Source: a virus
Reading direction: 5' to 3' (one strand)
Length of the DNA: 64,000 nt
Virus record (IMG/VR): IMGVR_UViG_3300032285_004008
This document shows, one piece after another, positions 34,816-44,037 of the stretch. The notes under the pieces are model-generated. The model made no database searches. It saw only the letters and a program-made list of their open reading frames with translations, and was not told where the DNA came from. The position numbers and the translations under genes were made by a program. Numbering within the stretch: position 1 is the stretch's first letter; every line of letters begins with the position of its first letter.

Positions 34816-35160
34816 CTATTCTTCAGAAATTAGATATTCCATAAGTTTTGGGTTATCTCGCAATAATACTAACAGGGATTCTTCCCAAATTCCAATAAAG
34901 AAATGCTCCCAAATTTCAAAATTATCGCTTTTCTTTGGAACCACGGATGTATCGTAAACATTCCTAGTAGCATGCATAAGCTCATGCCATAGAGTTAGTT
35001 GCTGACGACTATGAGAGATATCTTTATCAAGTACAATCAGATTTTCGGTGTCCAAAGTATAGCCAAAAGTGCCATCGTTGAGCATTCCATCGTCATGACG
35101 TGACCGCTCAATGACGTCAAACCATTGACTTCCAACTTTGATTTTTAGGGGGATATCCAT
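34816..35160 (-). CDS. Small HExxH zincin-like phage protein
   Basis: TLWHELMHA. Confidence 0.7.
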   Translation of the reverse strand: MDIPLKIKVGSQWFDVIERSRHDDGMLNDGTFGYTLDTENLIVLDKDISHSRQQLTLWHELMHATRNVYDTSVVPKKSDNFEIWEHFFIGIWEESLLVLLRDNPKLMEYLISEE

Positions 35161-35184
35161 GATAGACAGTCTATCTCAAAATAG

Positions 35185-35784
35185 TTATAGCTTCTTTTTA
35201 ACAAACGCGGTACTAGAATACCTAATGCCAGAGGATACTGGCAATACCCCATGCGAGTAATCAGGTGTACCCGGGTGAATTACTAAGCTTCCAATTTTAG
35301 GCTTTATTGCAATTTTTAGATCAGGATAGTATATTTCCCCACCCTCGTAATCATCATTCAAATACAAGACCATCCCATGGGGAGTAGCTATATTTTTATT
35401 TAGACTTGGTCCATCATCTGAATGAACCTCCAAACCTACCCCAGATCGCATAGTTACTACAGTACCTAGATTTATATACTCGATATTAGGATCTTTTTCA
35501 TATCTATCTTCGTAGATCTCGATAGATCTTTTGACAATATCTTTAACTATTAATTGAACTTTAGTGTCTGGATGATGGAACAGATATATGTATGGAGAAT
35601 CATCGTAAGCTTTTTTACCATCATTAATGTATTCATATAAATTATCAGCATATGATCGGTCTGATAGAGCCAACTCTACAGCTTGAACTAGGTAGTTACA
35701 TAAATCTGCTGATAGAAAATCTTCAACATAAGTGATCTCAGTTCCTTGAATAGAACTAGAAAAACTAGAAATATCATGATGCAT
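35185..35784 (-). CDS. 2OG-Fe(II) oxygenase, P4H-like (#7)
   Basis: HSD..YLNDDYEGGEIYY..HGV..RY. Confidence 0.9.
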   Translation of the reverse strand: MHHDISSFSSSIQGTEITYVEDFLSADLCNYLVQAVELALSDRSYADNLYEYINDGKKAYDDSPYIYLFHHPDTKVQLIVKDIVKRSIEIYEDRYEKDPNIEYINLGTVVTMRSGVGLEVHSDDGPSLNKNIATPHGMVLYLNDDYEGGEIYYPDLKIAIKPKIGSLVIHPGTPDYSHGVLPVSSGIRYSSTAFVKKKL

Positions 35785-36382
35785 TAGCTACAAAATACCT
35801 TCCATACTCAGTGTATGGAATTACAGTAGAGTCAATCCACCAATCTTCATGAGGGTGACGTTGGACTAGCTTGTAACCATAACTAGATAAGACAGCACGC
35901 TGGGCATCTCGCTCAATAGTATTTTTATAGTTATTCATGCAGTCATGCTCGAATTGAATTACAGTAAATCTATAAGTACTAAGTGGTAAATTGATTAACC
36001 CTTGTAGACATAATGCTGATCCACCAACTTCATTTCCCAGCTTGTCATACCCAGCATCCATATCTACCTGCAAGTAGTCAATTTGCTTGGGAAAATTATT
36101 TTCTTCAAAATATTTACGAAAATCAAAAGTAGTTGCATCATGCAATACGCAAGGGTTTTTACGATTAGAGTTAAATTCTTTAGCATAGTCGGGGACAACC
36201 TCTAGAGATACTCCAGACCAGTTAAAGCCATTTTCTAGGAGCCAGGTATTGCTACCCTTTTTAGAATGAAAAGCACCAAGCTCTACATAATAGCCATTCT
36301 TTTTTTCATTTAAAACGTTAATAACAAAAGACTCGTTGCCGCCGCCACCACTATTACTTTCCGGATAGATACGATAATTCAT
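35774..36382 (-). CDS. FkbM-like SAM methyltransferase
   Basis: YYVELGA..SNT..LE..W.G..E; IDYLQVD; FEHD. Confidence 0.8.
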   Translation of the reverse strand: MNYRIYPESNSGGGGNESFVINVLNEKKNGYYVELGAFHSKKGSNTWLLENGFNWSGVSLEVVPDYAKEFNSNRKNPCVLHDATTFDFRKYFEENNFPKQIDYLQVDMDAGYDKLGNEVGGSALCLQGLINLPLSTYRFTVIQFEHDCMNNYKNTIERDAQRAVLSSYGYKLVQRHPHEDWWIDSTVIPYTEYGRYFVANAS

Positions 36383-36384
36383 TT

Positions 36385-36636
36385 TTATCCTTCAAGAGAT
36401 TCAATAACACCAATAGCCCACTCTACGCATGCGCTATCTTCAGACTTAAAGGCTTCAATAATTTTTAACTTCATATCTTCAGAGCCAAGCTCATAGCCAA
36501 AAGTACTAGATGCATCGATAGCCTCAGCCGTAGCATCTTTAAGTGCCTCCTTAGCTGCCATAGCAGCCCGTACGGCAGATCCAATTTTTGTAATGATTAG
36601 CTCATCACTGGCGTCGATGCCTGGCACTTGCGACAT
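36385..36636 (-). CDS. Hypothetical protein
   Basis: 83-aa ORF. Confidence 0.6.
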   Translation of the reverse strand: MSQVPGIDASDELIITKIGSAVRAAMAAKEALKDATAEAIDASSTFGYELGSEDMKLKIIEAFKSEDSACVEWAIGVIESLEG

Positions 36637-36893
36637 AAGTATTGCTCTCTTTTCTCTTTTTCTTTTTTAGCCTGAATACGTTCAACTTTACGCTTAATTT
36701 TACGAATTTTAAGATCAATACCGCTTGCTGGATCGGCATCATCCTTGAAAAATATTAAACAACCTTCAGTAAGAATTGCCATAGAAAATAATAGAGCTGC
36801 AATTAACATAGCCCCTTCAGTATTGTAGGCAATATACGCTATAGCTAAAAGCATTACTGCATTAGCATGAAATAAACCTTCAATTAGTTTCAT
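36597..36893 (-). CDS. Membrane protein with two TM segments
   Basis: Hydrophobic N-terminal half, basic C-terminal half. Confidence 0.55.
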   Translation of the reverse strand: MKLIEGLFHANAVMLLAIAYIAYNTEGAMLIAALLFSMAILTEGCLIFFKDDADPASGIDLKIRKIKRKVERIQAKKEKEKREQYLCRKCQASTPVMS

Positions 36894-36994
36894 TAAAAAG
36901 ACCTTTCCTTCATACGTCGTTCCAAATAGCACTGGGGGCAGTAACTGCCCTTAAAGCGAATTCGGTGCTTGCGACAAGGATACCCCTTTTTCAT

Positions 36995-37696
36995 TTAAGG
37001 CGCAACTCTTCCATTTTTATTAAATGTTTCATAGGTTATAGGCATTTTTTCAGCAAAGAACTCTTCCATCTTTTCAGCAACCATTTCAATTTCCCGCTGA
37101 GGAAAACTAGGGAAGTGGGTGCCTTCGCGAATAGTACGTAAGGATAGAAAGTTCATAAGAGATCTTGCATTAATAGTTACATACATGCTGCTGTAGATGT
37201 TCAGCGGAAGAACCATACGAGCTACTTCACGGGCTATGCCAGATTCCATAAGCTCTCTGTAACGATGATAAGCGTGCTCAGATACAAGCTCAAAGTCCAC
37301 TTCAATATCGTCATGCTGCTCGGCAGTTCCTGGCTCAAAGGTATATGCCCCTGGCTTTCCCTGCTGAATTAGCTTTCGACTGCGGTCTGGGATGTAAAAC
37401 ACAGGAGCAAGCTCCTTGTAGCGACCCGACTCCTCGTTGTAGGAGGCGATGCGGTGACGCATGAACTCACGGAAAACAAATATTGGTGCTTCAATATAAA
37501 AGGTAAAGGCATTGTGCTCAAACGGCGACCCGTGGCGATCGCGCATCAAATAATTGATTAGGCCAGCATCTTTTTCAGGATTTTCCGAGGCTCCTGTAGA
37601 TACACGAGCTGCCATAGTTACAGCCTCATCGGAGGCCATAGAATTGATAAGTCTTACAGTAACGTCGCTGCGAAAAGTAATTTCGATCATGCTCAT
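36995..37696 (-). CDS. thyX: Flavin-dependent thymidylate synthase
   Basis: HGSPFEH, REFMRHRIASYNEESGRY. Confidence 0.97.
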   Translation of the reverse strand: MSMIEITFRSDVTVRLINSMASDEAVTMAARVSTGASENPEKDAGLINYLMRDRHGSPFEHNAFTFYIEAPIFVFREFMRHRIASYNEESGRYKELAPVFYIPDRSRKLIQQGKPGAYTFEPGTAEQHDDIEVDFELVSEHAYHRYRELMESGIAREVARMVLPLNIYSSMYVTINARSLMNFLSLRTIREGTHFPSFPQREIEMVAEKMEEFFAEKMPITYETFNKNGRVAP

Positions 37697-37715
37697 ACTT
37701 TAGCATGACTAATAA

Positions 37716-39158
37716 CTATCTGCCAGTAATTACCTTAGTTTTATAGTGTTCTTCCCACAGGGCTACATCATTCAAATCATTAAGAATTGGCTGTCCCTTT
37801 ATATTCAGACTTGTATTAAGAAGTACAGGAACTCCAGTCAATTCATAGAATTTTTTTAAGACAGCGTAGAGCCCGGGGTGCTGCTGAGCATTAACAGTTT
37901 GAACCCTAGAAGTACCATCATGATGCACAACCGACGGGATTGCTTCTGGCTTTAAGCATTTCGGGGTATATTGCATATACGGAGATGCATAATCCATATC
38001 AAACCATTCAGATGCATACTCCTCCATAACTACAGGAGCAAACGGTCTAAATAGCTCACGTTTCTTTATTTTATTTACTTTATCCTTGATGTCGGGATCG
38101 CGAGGATCAGCGAGAATACTACGGTTACCCAGAGCTCTTGGACCATATTCAGCTCTTCCGTTCGCTACTGGAGCTATTTTGTTTTTAATAAGAGCGTCTA
38201 CTATTTCATCCACCGGATAGTCGCCAGGAATGTTAGTACCAAGGTATGGACCCCTCCAGTTTAGTTTCTTTTCATAAAAAGCTGCTGCTGCCCCTAAAGA
38301 TGAACCAGCATCACCAGGGTTAGGCATAATCCATATATTAGGAAATATATCGTGAAGCAGTGTATTTGCCTTGCTATTGAGAGCACACCCACCAGCAAAA
38401 ACTAAATTATCGCTCCATGATTCTTGTCTAGCAATGTAGACAAAATCCCATAGGCGATCTTCATAGACTCTCTGCACAGCTGCCGCTATATGGAACTTAT
38501 CATTATCAGTTATATCTTGGCCCCAGTCATCGATACCCTTATGAAAGTTATAGGTTTGCTTGTACACAGAAGGGAAGTATTTAGAGACCTTTTCAAAATA
38601 GAGATCAGGATCACCATAAGCAGCCATGCCCATCATGATGTATTCTTCTTCATTTGGTTTTAGCCCAATTAGATCAGTAAAGGCCGAATAGAAAAGACCA
38701 AAACTAAATGGATACTTCCAACGCTTAACTTGCTTAAGCTCATCTCCTTTGCCATGCCATATAGAGCTAGTAGTAAATTCGCCAATAGCATCAAGAACAA
38801 TAACTACAGCATCATCAAATGGAGAGGTGTAATACCCCGCCGCAGCGTGGGAGTGGTGGTGGTACGCAACATATGTAGGAATGCCTTTAAGCTCAGGCAT
38901 ACTAGTATAAAAAGGTTTTCCACCACCTAAACCTCCTCTAGAAAATATACGCCACTTCTTAAGCCAGCGATCTTCATAATAGGCAATTCTATCGGGGGTG
39001 CCATATGAAAGTGCTTCAAGGATAAGATCACGATTGGTATACCAATCATTTTTAATTTTGGAATATCGCTCAGCATGAGCAGCAAATAAAATTTTGCCAT
39101 CTTCAATTAAAGTAATTGAAGCATCATGAGAAGTCTCATTTATACCTAGAATTTTCAT
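37716..39158 (-). CDS. Carbamoyltransferase (NodU/CmcH family)
   Basis: HDAS..ERYS..HHHSHAA..DAIGE..MGMAAYG..EYGPRALGNRSILADP..FRPFAP..NTSLN. Confidence 0.95.
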   Translation of the reverse strand: MKILGINETSHDASITLIEDGKILFAAHAERYSKIKNDWYTNRDLILEALSYGTPDRIAYYEDRWLKKWRIFSRGGLGGGKPFYTSMPELKGIPTYVAYHHHSHAAAGYYTSPFDDAVVIVLDAIGEFTTSSIWHGKGDELKQVKRWKYPFSFGLFYSAFTDLIGLKPNEEEYIMMGMAAYGDPDLYFEKVSKYFPSVYKQTYNFHKGIDDWGQDITDNDKFHIAAAVQRVYEDRLWDFVYIARQESWSDNLVFAGGCALNSKANTLLHDIFPNIWIMPNPGDAGSSLGAAAAFYEKKLNWRGPYLGTNIPGDYPVDEIVDALIKNKIAPVANGRAEYGPRALGNRSILADPRDPDIKDKVNKIKKRELFRPFAPVVMEEYASEWFDMDYASPYMQYTPKCLKPEAIPSVVHHDGTSRVQTVNAQQHPGLYAVLKKFYELTGVPVLLNTSLNIKGQPILNDLNDVALWEEHYKTKVITGR

Positions 39159-39166
39159 AACAAGTC

Positions 39167-39787
39167 CTAATAGTTGAAATGCTTCGTGCTAGAGATATTT
39201 CCTTTACGGGAATAGAAAAAAACTAAATTTTTTCTCTCTCCCGAGAGAACTTCAGTTACCTCATGTATATGATCTATATCGCCTTTAAAAACTACTAGCT
39301 GACCCTTCTTAGGCTCAATAGCTAGATTCTGAAGATGAAATTTAAGCAATCCACCAGAGAAATCAATAGAGTGATTATTTAAATACAGAAGAGCTGAAAA
39401 TTCTAATTCTTCAGGGACCCCGTCGTCTCTCCAAGTAGAGCCATCCAATTTTACAGAGTCTGCATGAAGCTCGTTTTTGGCCCCTTTAGACATACTTTGA
39501 TAGGTGCAGTTCACTAAATCTAGTTCTAAATTAAAAAACTGTTCGGCATACGAGTGCACATTTTTGTACACAGACTCTAAATCAGAGACATATTGCTCTT
39601 TATCGGAAGAATAGTTTTTTACAGCCCTAGCGGAGGTGCCTACTTTAGAAGCATCCTCTGATGTGTCATAACCTAAGGCACCTTTAATACCCCCCTGAGG
39701 AGTAGGGGTAGCTAGCTCATCAAGAAAGATAGACAAGCTATCTGCCAAATCAGTAGGAATAAACCCATCAACTATAGAAATATTCAT
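39167..39787 (-). CDS. 2OG-Fe(II) oxygenase, P4H-like (#8)
   Basis: HAD..LLYLN..FSGGLLKF..HEV..R. Confidence 0.85.
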   Translation of the reverse strand: MNISIVDGFIPTDLADSLSIFLDELATPTPQGGIKGALGYDTSEDASKVGTSARAVKNYSSDKEQYVSDLESVYKNVHSYAEQFFNLELDLVNCTYQSMSKGAKNELHADSVKLDGSTWRDDGVPEELEFSALLYLNNHSIDFSGGLLKFHLQNLAIEPKKGQLVVFKGDIDHIHEVTEVLSGERKNLVFFYSRKGNISSTKHFNY

Positions 39788-39806
39788 AAAGCCATCCTAC
39801 TTATTG

Positions 39807-39880
39807 TCGAGAGTGTGGGACTTGAACCCACGACGACCGAATTATGAGTTCGGGGCTCTAACCAGCTGAGCTAACTCCCG
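39807..39880 (-). tRNA. tRNA with CAT anticodon (elongator Met or Ile2)
   Basis: CGGGAGTTAGCTCAGCTGGTTAGAGC..CTCATAA..GGTTCAAGTCC; 5' end overlaps the dut 3' end. Confidence 0.9.
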
Positions 39881-40304
39881 TTGAGCCAAAGCCACCATCT
39901 CCACGATCTGACTCTGGAAGTTCTTGCACTACTTCAAAATCTGCTCTAATAAATTCTTGAATAACAAGTTGAGCAATTCGATCTCCACGATTTACTACAA
40001 ATACATCATTTCCAGTATTGTACAGAATTACACCAATCTCGCCGCGATACCCAGAATCCACAGTCCCTGGAGTATTCAATACCGTAATGCCATTCTTTAG
40101 TGCGAGTCCACTACGAGGGTGCACGAATGCAACATAGTTGCTAGGTAGTGCAATTCTAACGCCAGTCTTGACTAAAGCCCTTTCTCCAGACTTAATTGCC
40201 AGATTTTCCGCTGAGCGTAGATCAGCTCCCGCATCGCCAAACTTAGCGTAACTTGGCAGTAGATCCGGTGATTCAGCAGTAATTAGCACAGTAGTCATAG
40301 ACAA
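39858..40304 (-). CDS. dut: Trimeric dUTPase
   Basis: AGADL, PRSGLA, GTVDSGYRGE, RIAQL, RGDGGFGSTG. Confidence 0.97.
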   Translation of the reverse strand: MSMTTVLITAESPDLLPSYAKFGDAGADLRSAENLAIKSGERALVKTGVRIALPSNYVAFVHPRSGLALKNGITVLNTPGTVDSGYRGEIGVILYNTGNDVFVVNRGDRIAQLVIQEFIRADFEVVQELPESDRGDGGFGSTGVSSAG

Positions 40305-40329
40305 TACCCTAGCATAGTAAACTAGAAAA

Positions 40330-40920
40330 ATGACTAGTTACTCTAAAGAAGATATCAAAAAAGCTATAGCCGAGGCAAATGCCAAGGAAATTGCTGTATC
40401 TTTTAAGGGAATGGCCCCCATCACGCCCGGCTGGGATAAATTTATCCACTTAATACATTCAGAGATTCACGGGGCACCGAATACCACTATCCCAAATTCT
40501 CCCTTAGAAGAGAGAATGATAAATGGCGTGATAATCAGAAATCTTTTCTATCTAACTGTAAGAATATCTAAATTAGAGATGCTATCTGAATCAAGTGCAC
40601 TTATAGAAGTATTTAGCGATATTTTTAATACAGAAATACTTCCAGTCTCGGCATTTATAAATATTATTGGTGGGGAAAAGCCAGGAGAAGCTCATAAAGA
40701 TAATAGGGAGACTATTTTCTGGCAATGCCATGGCGTGTCAGAATGGACGCTATACGAGACACCAGAATCGCCAAAATATGAGACATCAGAATTAAAAATA
40801 TATAAAAAGATAAGGCTAGATCCGGGGGATGTTTTATATCTAAGAAATCAAGGAATACACTCAGTGCAGAATTTTGGACCAAGAGCATCTATTGCTTTTA
40901 TGCCTGATAATCGTAACTAG
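40330..40920 (+). CDS. JmjC/cupin-like 2OG oxygenase (A)
   Basis: HKD.RETIFWQCHG..W..LDPGDVLY..HSV..PRA. Confidence 0.75.
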   Translation: MTSYSKEDIKKAIAEANAKEIAVSFKGMAPITPGWDKFIHLIHSEIHGAPNTTIPNSPLEERMINGVIIRNLFYLTVRISKLEMLSESSALIEVFSDIFNTEILPVSAFINIIGGEKPGEAHKDNRETIFWQCHGVSEWTLYETPESPKYETSELKIYKKIRLDPGDVLYLRNQGIHSVQNFGPRASIAFMPDNRN

Positions 40921-40993
40921 AGCCTCCAACAGGACTTGAACCCGTCACCTACGCATTACAAGTGCGTCGCTCTACCAGATGAGCTATAGAGGC
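40921..40993 (-). tRNA. tRNA-Thr(TGT)
   Basis: GCCTCTA acceptor, ACGCA-CTTGTAA-TGCGT anticodon arm. Confidence 0.95.
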
Positions 40994-41050
40994 AGTAAAA
41001 GAATTTAGTATCAGGAAACATATTTGTCTGATGATCTTATGATTCTTTTG

Positions 41051-41121
41051 AGCGGATAGCGAGAATCGAACTCGCACCTTCAACTTGGAAGGATGAGGCA
41101 CTACCATTATGCAATATCCGC
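41051..41121 (-). tRNA. tRNA-Gly(TCC)
   Basis: GCGGATA acceptor, CTTCCAA loop, GTTCGATTC. Confidence 0.93.
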
Positions 41122-41297
41122 AGCAGCTGCGTCCAGCTACTTTTATTTTATATCATTCTTATAGTCACCGCTACACCAATTCGCGAAATTGGTCCTCCAA
41201 CGTTAGTTCCTTTTGTGGGACGTGGGATATGCTGACTGCAATACATCATCACGGCAGTAGATTATTTTTATATATAAAAATTTTTTTGTCAATTTTG

Positions 41298-41370
41298 CTG
41301 CCCCACCTGGGATCGAACCAGGGACCTGCCGATTAACAGTCGGACGCTCTGCCAGCTGAGCTATAGGGCA
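41298..41370 (-). tRNA. tRNA-Asn(GTT)
   Basis: TGCCCTA acceptor, CTGTTAA loop, GGTTCGATCC. Confidence 0.93.
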
Positions 41371-41380
41371 AAAACCTTAT

Positions 41381-41494
41381 TTACTTTTTAGTCACAAGAC
41401 GACGCTTTTCAGCATCCCAAACCTTTGGACGCTTCTTTGAAGCCTTACCGCTAGGTCGATCGCTATTGCGGGCACCTTTTGTCTTTGCTGCCAT
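41381..41494 (-). CDS. 37-aa highly basic protein absent from the ORF track
   Basis: MAAKTKGARNSDRPSGKASKKRPKVWDAEKRRLVTKK; GAAGGA RBS. Confidence 0.65.
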   Translation of the reverse strand: MAAKTKGARNSDRPSGKASKKRPKVWDAEKRRLVTKK

Positions 41495-41509
41495 TTTGTC
41501 CTTCTTTCG

Positions 41510-41821
41510 TGGAGATGGCGGGAATTGAACCCGCGTCCTAACATATTCTATCTATTCTTCTACAAGCTTAGGCTCTACCAGCCACGGTACTACAAAGGCG
41601 GGATCTTAAGGTCTCCTGCTGCAACCTTTCGGTTGTTCTATTTATTTAAGACCTGACTGCCCAGCTAGAACTACTGCTTTGTCAGGGGCATGAGCTACTA
41701 CTAAGCAGCTAGTGCGAATGTTGAACGTGATTCAGCATTTATTTTTTTGCCCGATCTAAGAGTACGGGCGTCTCTGCTTGCTTCACTAGACGTCAGATGC
41801 CAGTCGAAACCAGTCATCCCC
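41510..41821 (-). ncRNA. ssrA: tmRNA; tag (A)AESRSTFALAA at 41736-41701
   Basis: 5' GGGGATGACTGGTTTCGAC; 3' GACGCGGGTTCAATTCCCGCCATCTCCA; tag ORF ends ALAA-TAG. Confidence 0.95.
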
Positions 41822-41894
41822 TCTATTTAATTGTAAATATATAATAGCACACAAGGGCTCAATAACAACAATAAATACAAGATAGAATCTTTTT

Positions 41895-42569
41895 ATGATT
41901 GAATTTGACAGATTAGAAGAAGTACGTGCTGGTATAGAGAAAGTACGTAATGGTGGATTAGCTGTAGTTTTTAAGAATCTATTTCCTATAGTCCCCACCT
42001 GGGAAGACTTTATAAACCATGCTCAGCTAGAGATTTCCACCCCTCCAGGTAATATCCCTGCTCAGCCATACGAGGAGAGGTTTATTAATGGAGTACTTTT
42101 AAGAAATCTATTCTATTTAATGGTCTCTAATCCAAATGATAAGGTATTCCCTCAGAGTCGTATAGTTAGAGACGTCTTCAACGAACTATTGGAAGACGAG
42201 CTTTGGCCTGTCAGTGCATTTGTTAATTTCCTTGGCGGAGAGAAGCCAATTGCCCCCCACTGCGATATGCGCGAGACTGTTTACTGGCAGTGTCAGGGAA
42301 AAGTGACCTGGAAGATTTATAAGCAAGAAAATATCAACGAAGAGCGTGCCTACGGAATAAAGCCTGATATGGAACTACATCTAGAACCAGGTGATGTAGT
42401 ATTTGTTGGTTTTATGGTAGGCCACTCTGTAGTGACCCTGGGGCCTCGCGCAGCTATTGGATTCCAGCATAAACAAGATGATCGAGGTCGTTTTGATGAA
42501 AGCAATAAGATTATTAAGAAACACTACGAAGATCTTGGAATAGATGTAAATTTCAGTAGAAACTCTTAA
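41895..42569 (+). CDS. JmjC/cupin-like 2OG oxygenase (B), paralog of A
   Basis: HCD.RETVYWQCQG..W..LEPGDVVF..HSV..PRA; shares EER.INGV..RNLFYL with A. Confidence 0.75.
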   Translation: MIEFDRLEEVRAGIEKVRNGGLAVVFKNLFPIVPTWEDFINHAQLEISTPPGNIPAQPYEERFINGVLLRNLFYLMVSNPNDKVFPQSRIVRDVFNELLEDELWPVSAFVNFLGGEKPIAPHCDMRETVYWQCQGKVTWKIYKQENINEERAYGIKPDMELHLEPGDVVFVGFMVGHSVVTLGPRAAIGFQHKQDDRGRFDESNKIIKKHYEDLGIDVNFSRNS

Positions 42570-43678
42570 TTATTTTCTAAAAATTTAATATAAGACTCAG
42601 CGATATGGGTATGCTTATGTATCCCAAAATGAGTTTTATCTATGCCATGAAAATCATCTAAACCTCTAAAAAAATTGTCGCCATATTGAGCTCTAAGCTC
42701 ACTGTGGCAATCGACTATTTCAGATACAGAATCTTTAATATATCGATCTGCATCTTTCTGAAATAAATCTCCTGCTACTTTTTTATCTGGGTTTTTGACC
42801 CAGTTATAAAGATCTAAATTAACTAAATTAGAGTAATTTTGGGGATATTCACTTTTTATATTTGTTAAAAAGAAAAGCATCGCAGGTTCCCATGTAGACC
42901 ATGCAAATTTAATATTATTAGCCCTACAGTATTGGTCCAGCATTAAGATACTTTGAATAGATTGGTAAATAGCTGTATCAGCAGGAATAACATCAATAAC
43001 ATTGTGAGGACGCCTAGAATATTCCGGCGTGTCCCCGGGATTAGGCGCATTATGCAAATGAACTTCGTAGAGTTTACTATCAGTACCAAAACCAGTTACA
43101 GGAGATTTATCATGCGGGTTTCTATAAATTAACTGGTTACTATTTGATGCCAATATCATTCTATAAAAATCAGGAAATAAACAACAAAGAACTTCAGGAT
43201 GTCCATATTTGTCAAAATACGCAAAAATATTTTTAACAATTAGATGAGTAGAGGATCCTTGTTTTGATAGGTTGGCATAGGAAAGATCAAAATGATTAGC
43301 TACCATTGATCCCCAAATTCTGTCTTCAGGAACACCAGTACCAAAAGTATTTGAACATCCTGCATATAGCAATTTAGCCGAACCATCAAATTCTTTAGAC
43401 CTATATCCATCTGAATTATAGACGTACTCATTAGTATTATCTAAAAATATAGGATCACCAGTTTTTTCATCAAACCTTAGAAGTAGTTTATTTTTAATAT
43501 CAATTCCTCTTTTTTCAGCAGTGGAGAGGCTGTTGACATAAAACTCATCTTTTTGCAAAATGGTACTAAAAATTCTATCCCTGGAGCTTTTCGAGTAAGA
43601 GATTTGTTTTTTCCCAGAAATAATTAGTGGCTTAGAGAAATTTCTCCCGGCATCGCTATTATTTTTATCCATATCCAT
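42566..43678 (-). CDS. SGNH/GDSL-like hypothetical protein
   Basis: YNSDGYRS..GCSNTFG..W..NLS..G.S and C-terminal H.G...H; AT-rich. Confidence 0.55.
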   Translation of the reverse strand: MDMDKNNSDAGRNFSKPLIISGKKQISYSKSSRDRIFSTILQKDEFYVNSLSTAEKRGIDIKNKLLLRFDEKTGDPIFLDNTNEYVYNSDGYRSKEFDGSAKLLYAGCSNTFGTGVPEDRIWGSMVANHFDLSYANLSKQGSSTHLIVKNIFAYFDKYGHPEVLCCLFPDFYRMILASNSNQLIYRNPHDKSPVTGFGTDSKLYEVHLHNAPNPGDTPEYSRRPHNVIDVIPADTAIYQSIQSILMLDQYCRANNIKFAWSTWEPAMLFFLTNIKSEYPQNYSNLVNLDLYNWVKNPDKKVAGDLFQKDADRYIKDSVSEIVDCHSELRAQYGDNFFRGLDDFHGIDKTHFGIHKHTHIAESYIKFLENN

Positions 43679-43803
43679 ATTGCAAGCTTAATATATGTAG
43701 TTAGTGCTTGATTTATTTTTCTTAAGATATCTACGCTTTTTGATACCAGAGATAACCCGGGAAATACGATATTTAATATATAAAAACATATTAATTAAAT
43801 CTC

Positions 43804-44037
43804 CTATAAAGAAAAATTGCTGTTTGTAGCTCGCCAAACCGATGGAGCATGGTTTTCTTCGACCGCAAGCTTGATGGTAGGGTCTTCATATAGACGCAAG
43901 ATGTGGATACAAGGATCTGACTCTTCAAATTCCGAGTCCTCCTCCGCCGAGGTAGGAAGACCATCATGGGTATAGCAGACAGCTGGACCAACCCACCCTT
44001 GAGTAATTCCTTCTTGCAGCCAAATATCAAAATCCAT
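43804..44037 (-). CDS. Hypothetical protein
   Basis: GWVGPAVCYTHDGLP..DPCIH; AGGAG RBS before MDFD. Confidence 0.7.
   Translation of the reverse strand: MDFDIWLQEGITQGWVGPAVCYTHDGLPTSAEEDSEFEESDPCIHILRLYEDPTIKLAVEENHAPSVWRATNSNFSL

Noticed and set aside
41109-41998. ORFs 41109..41336 (+) and 41786..41998 (-)
   Set aside because: They overlap tRNA-Gly/tRNA-Asn, the tmRNA and the JmjC gene; no coding signals
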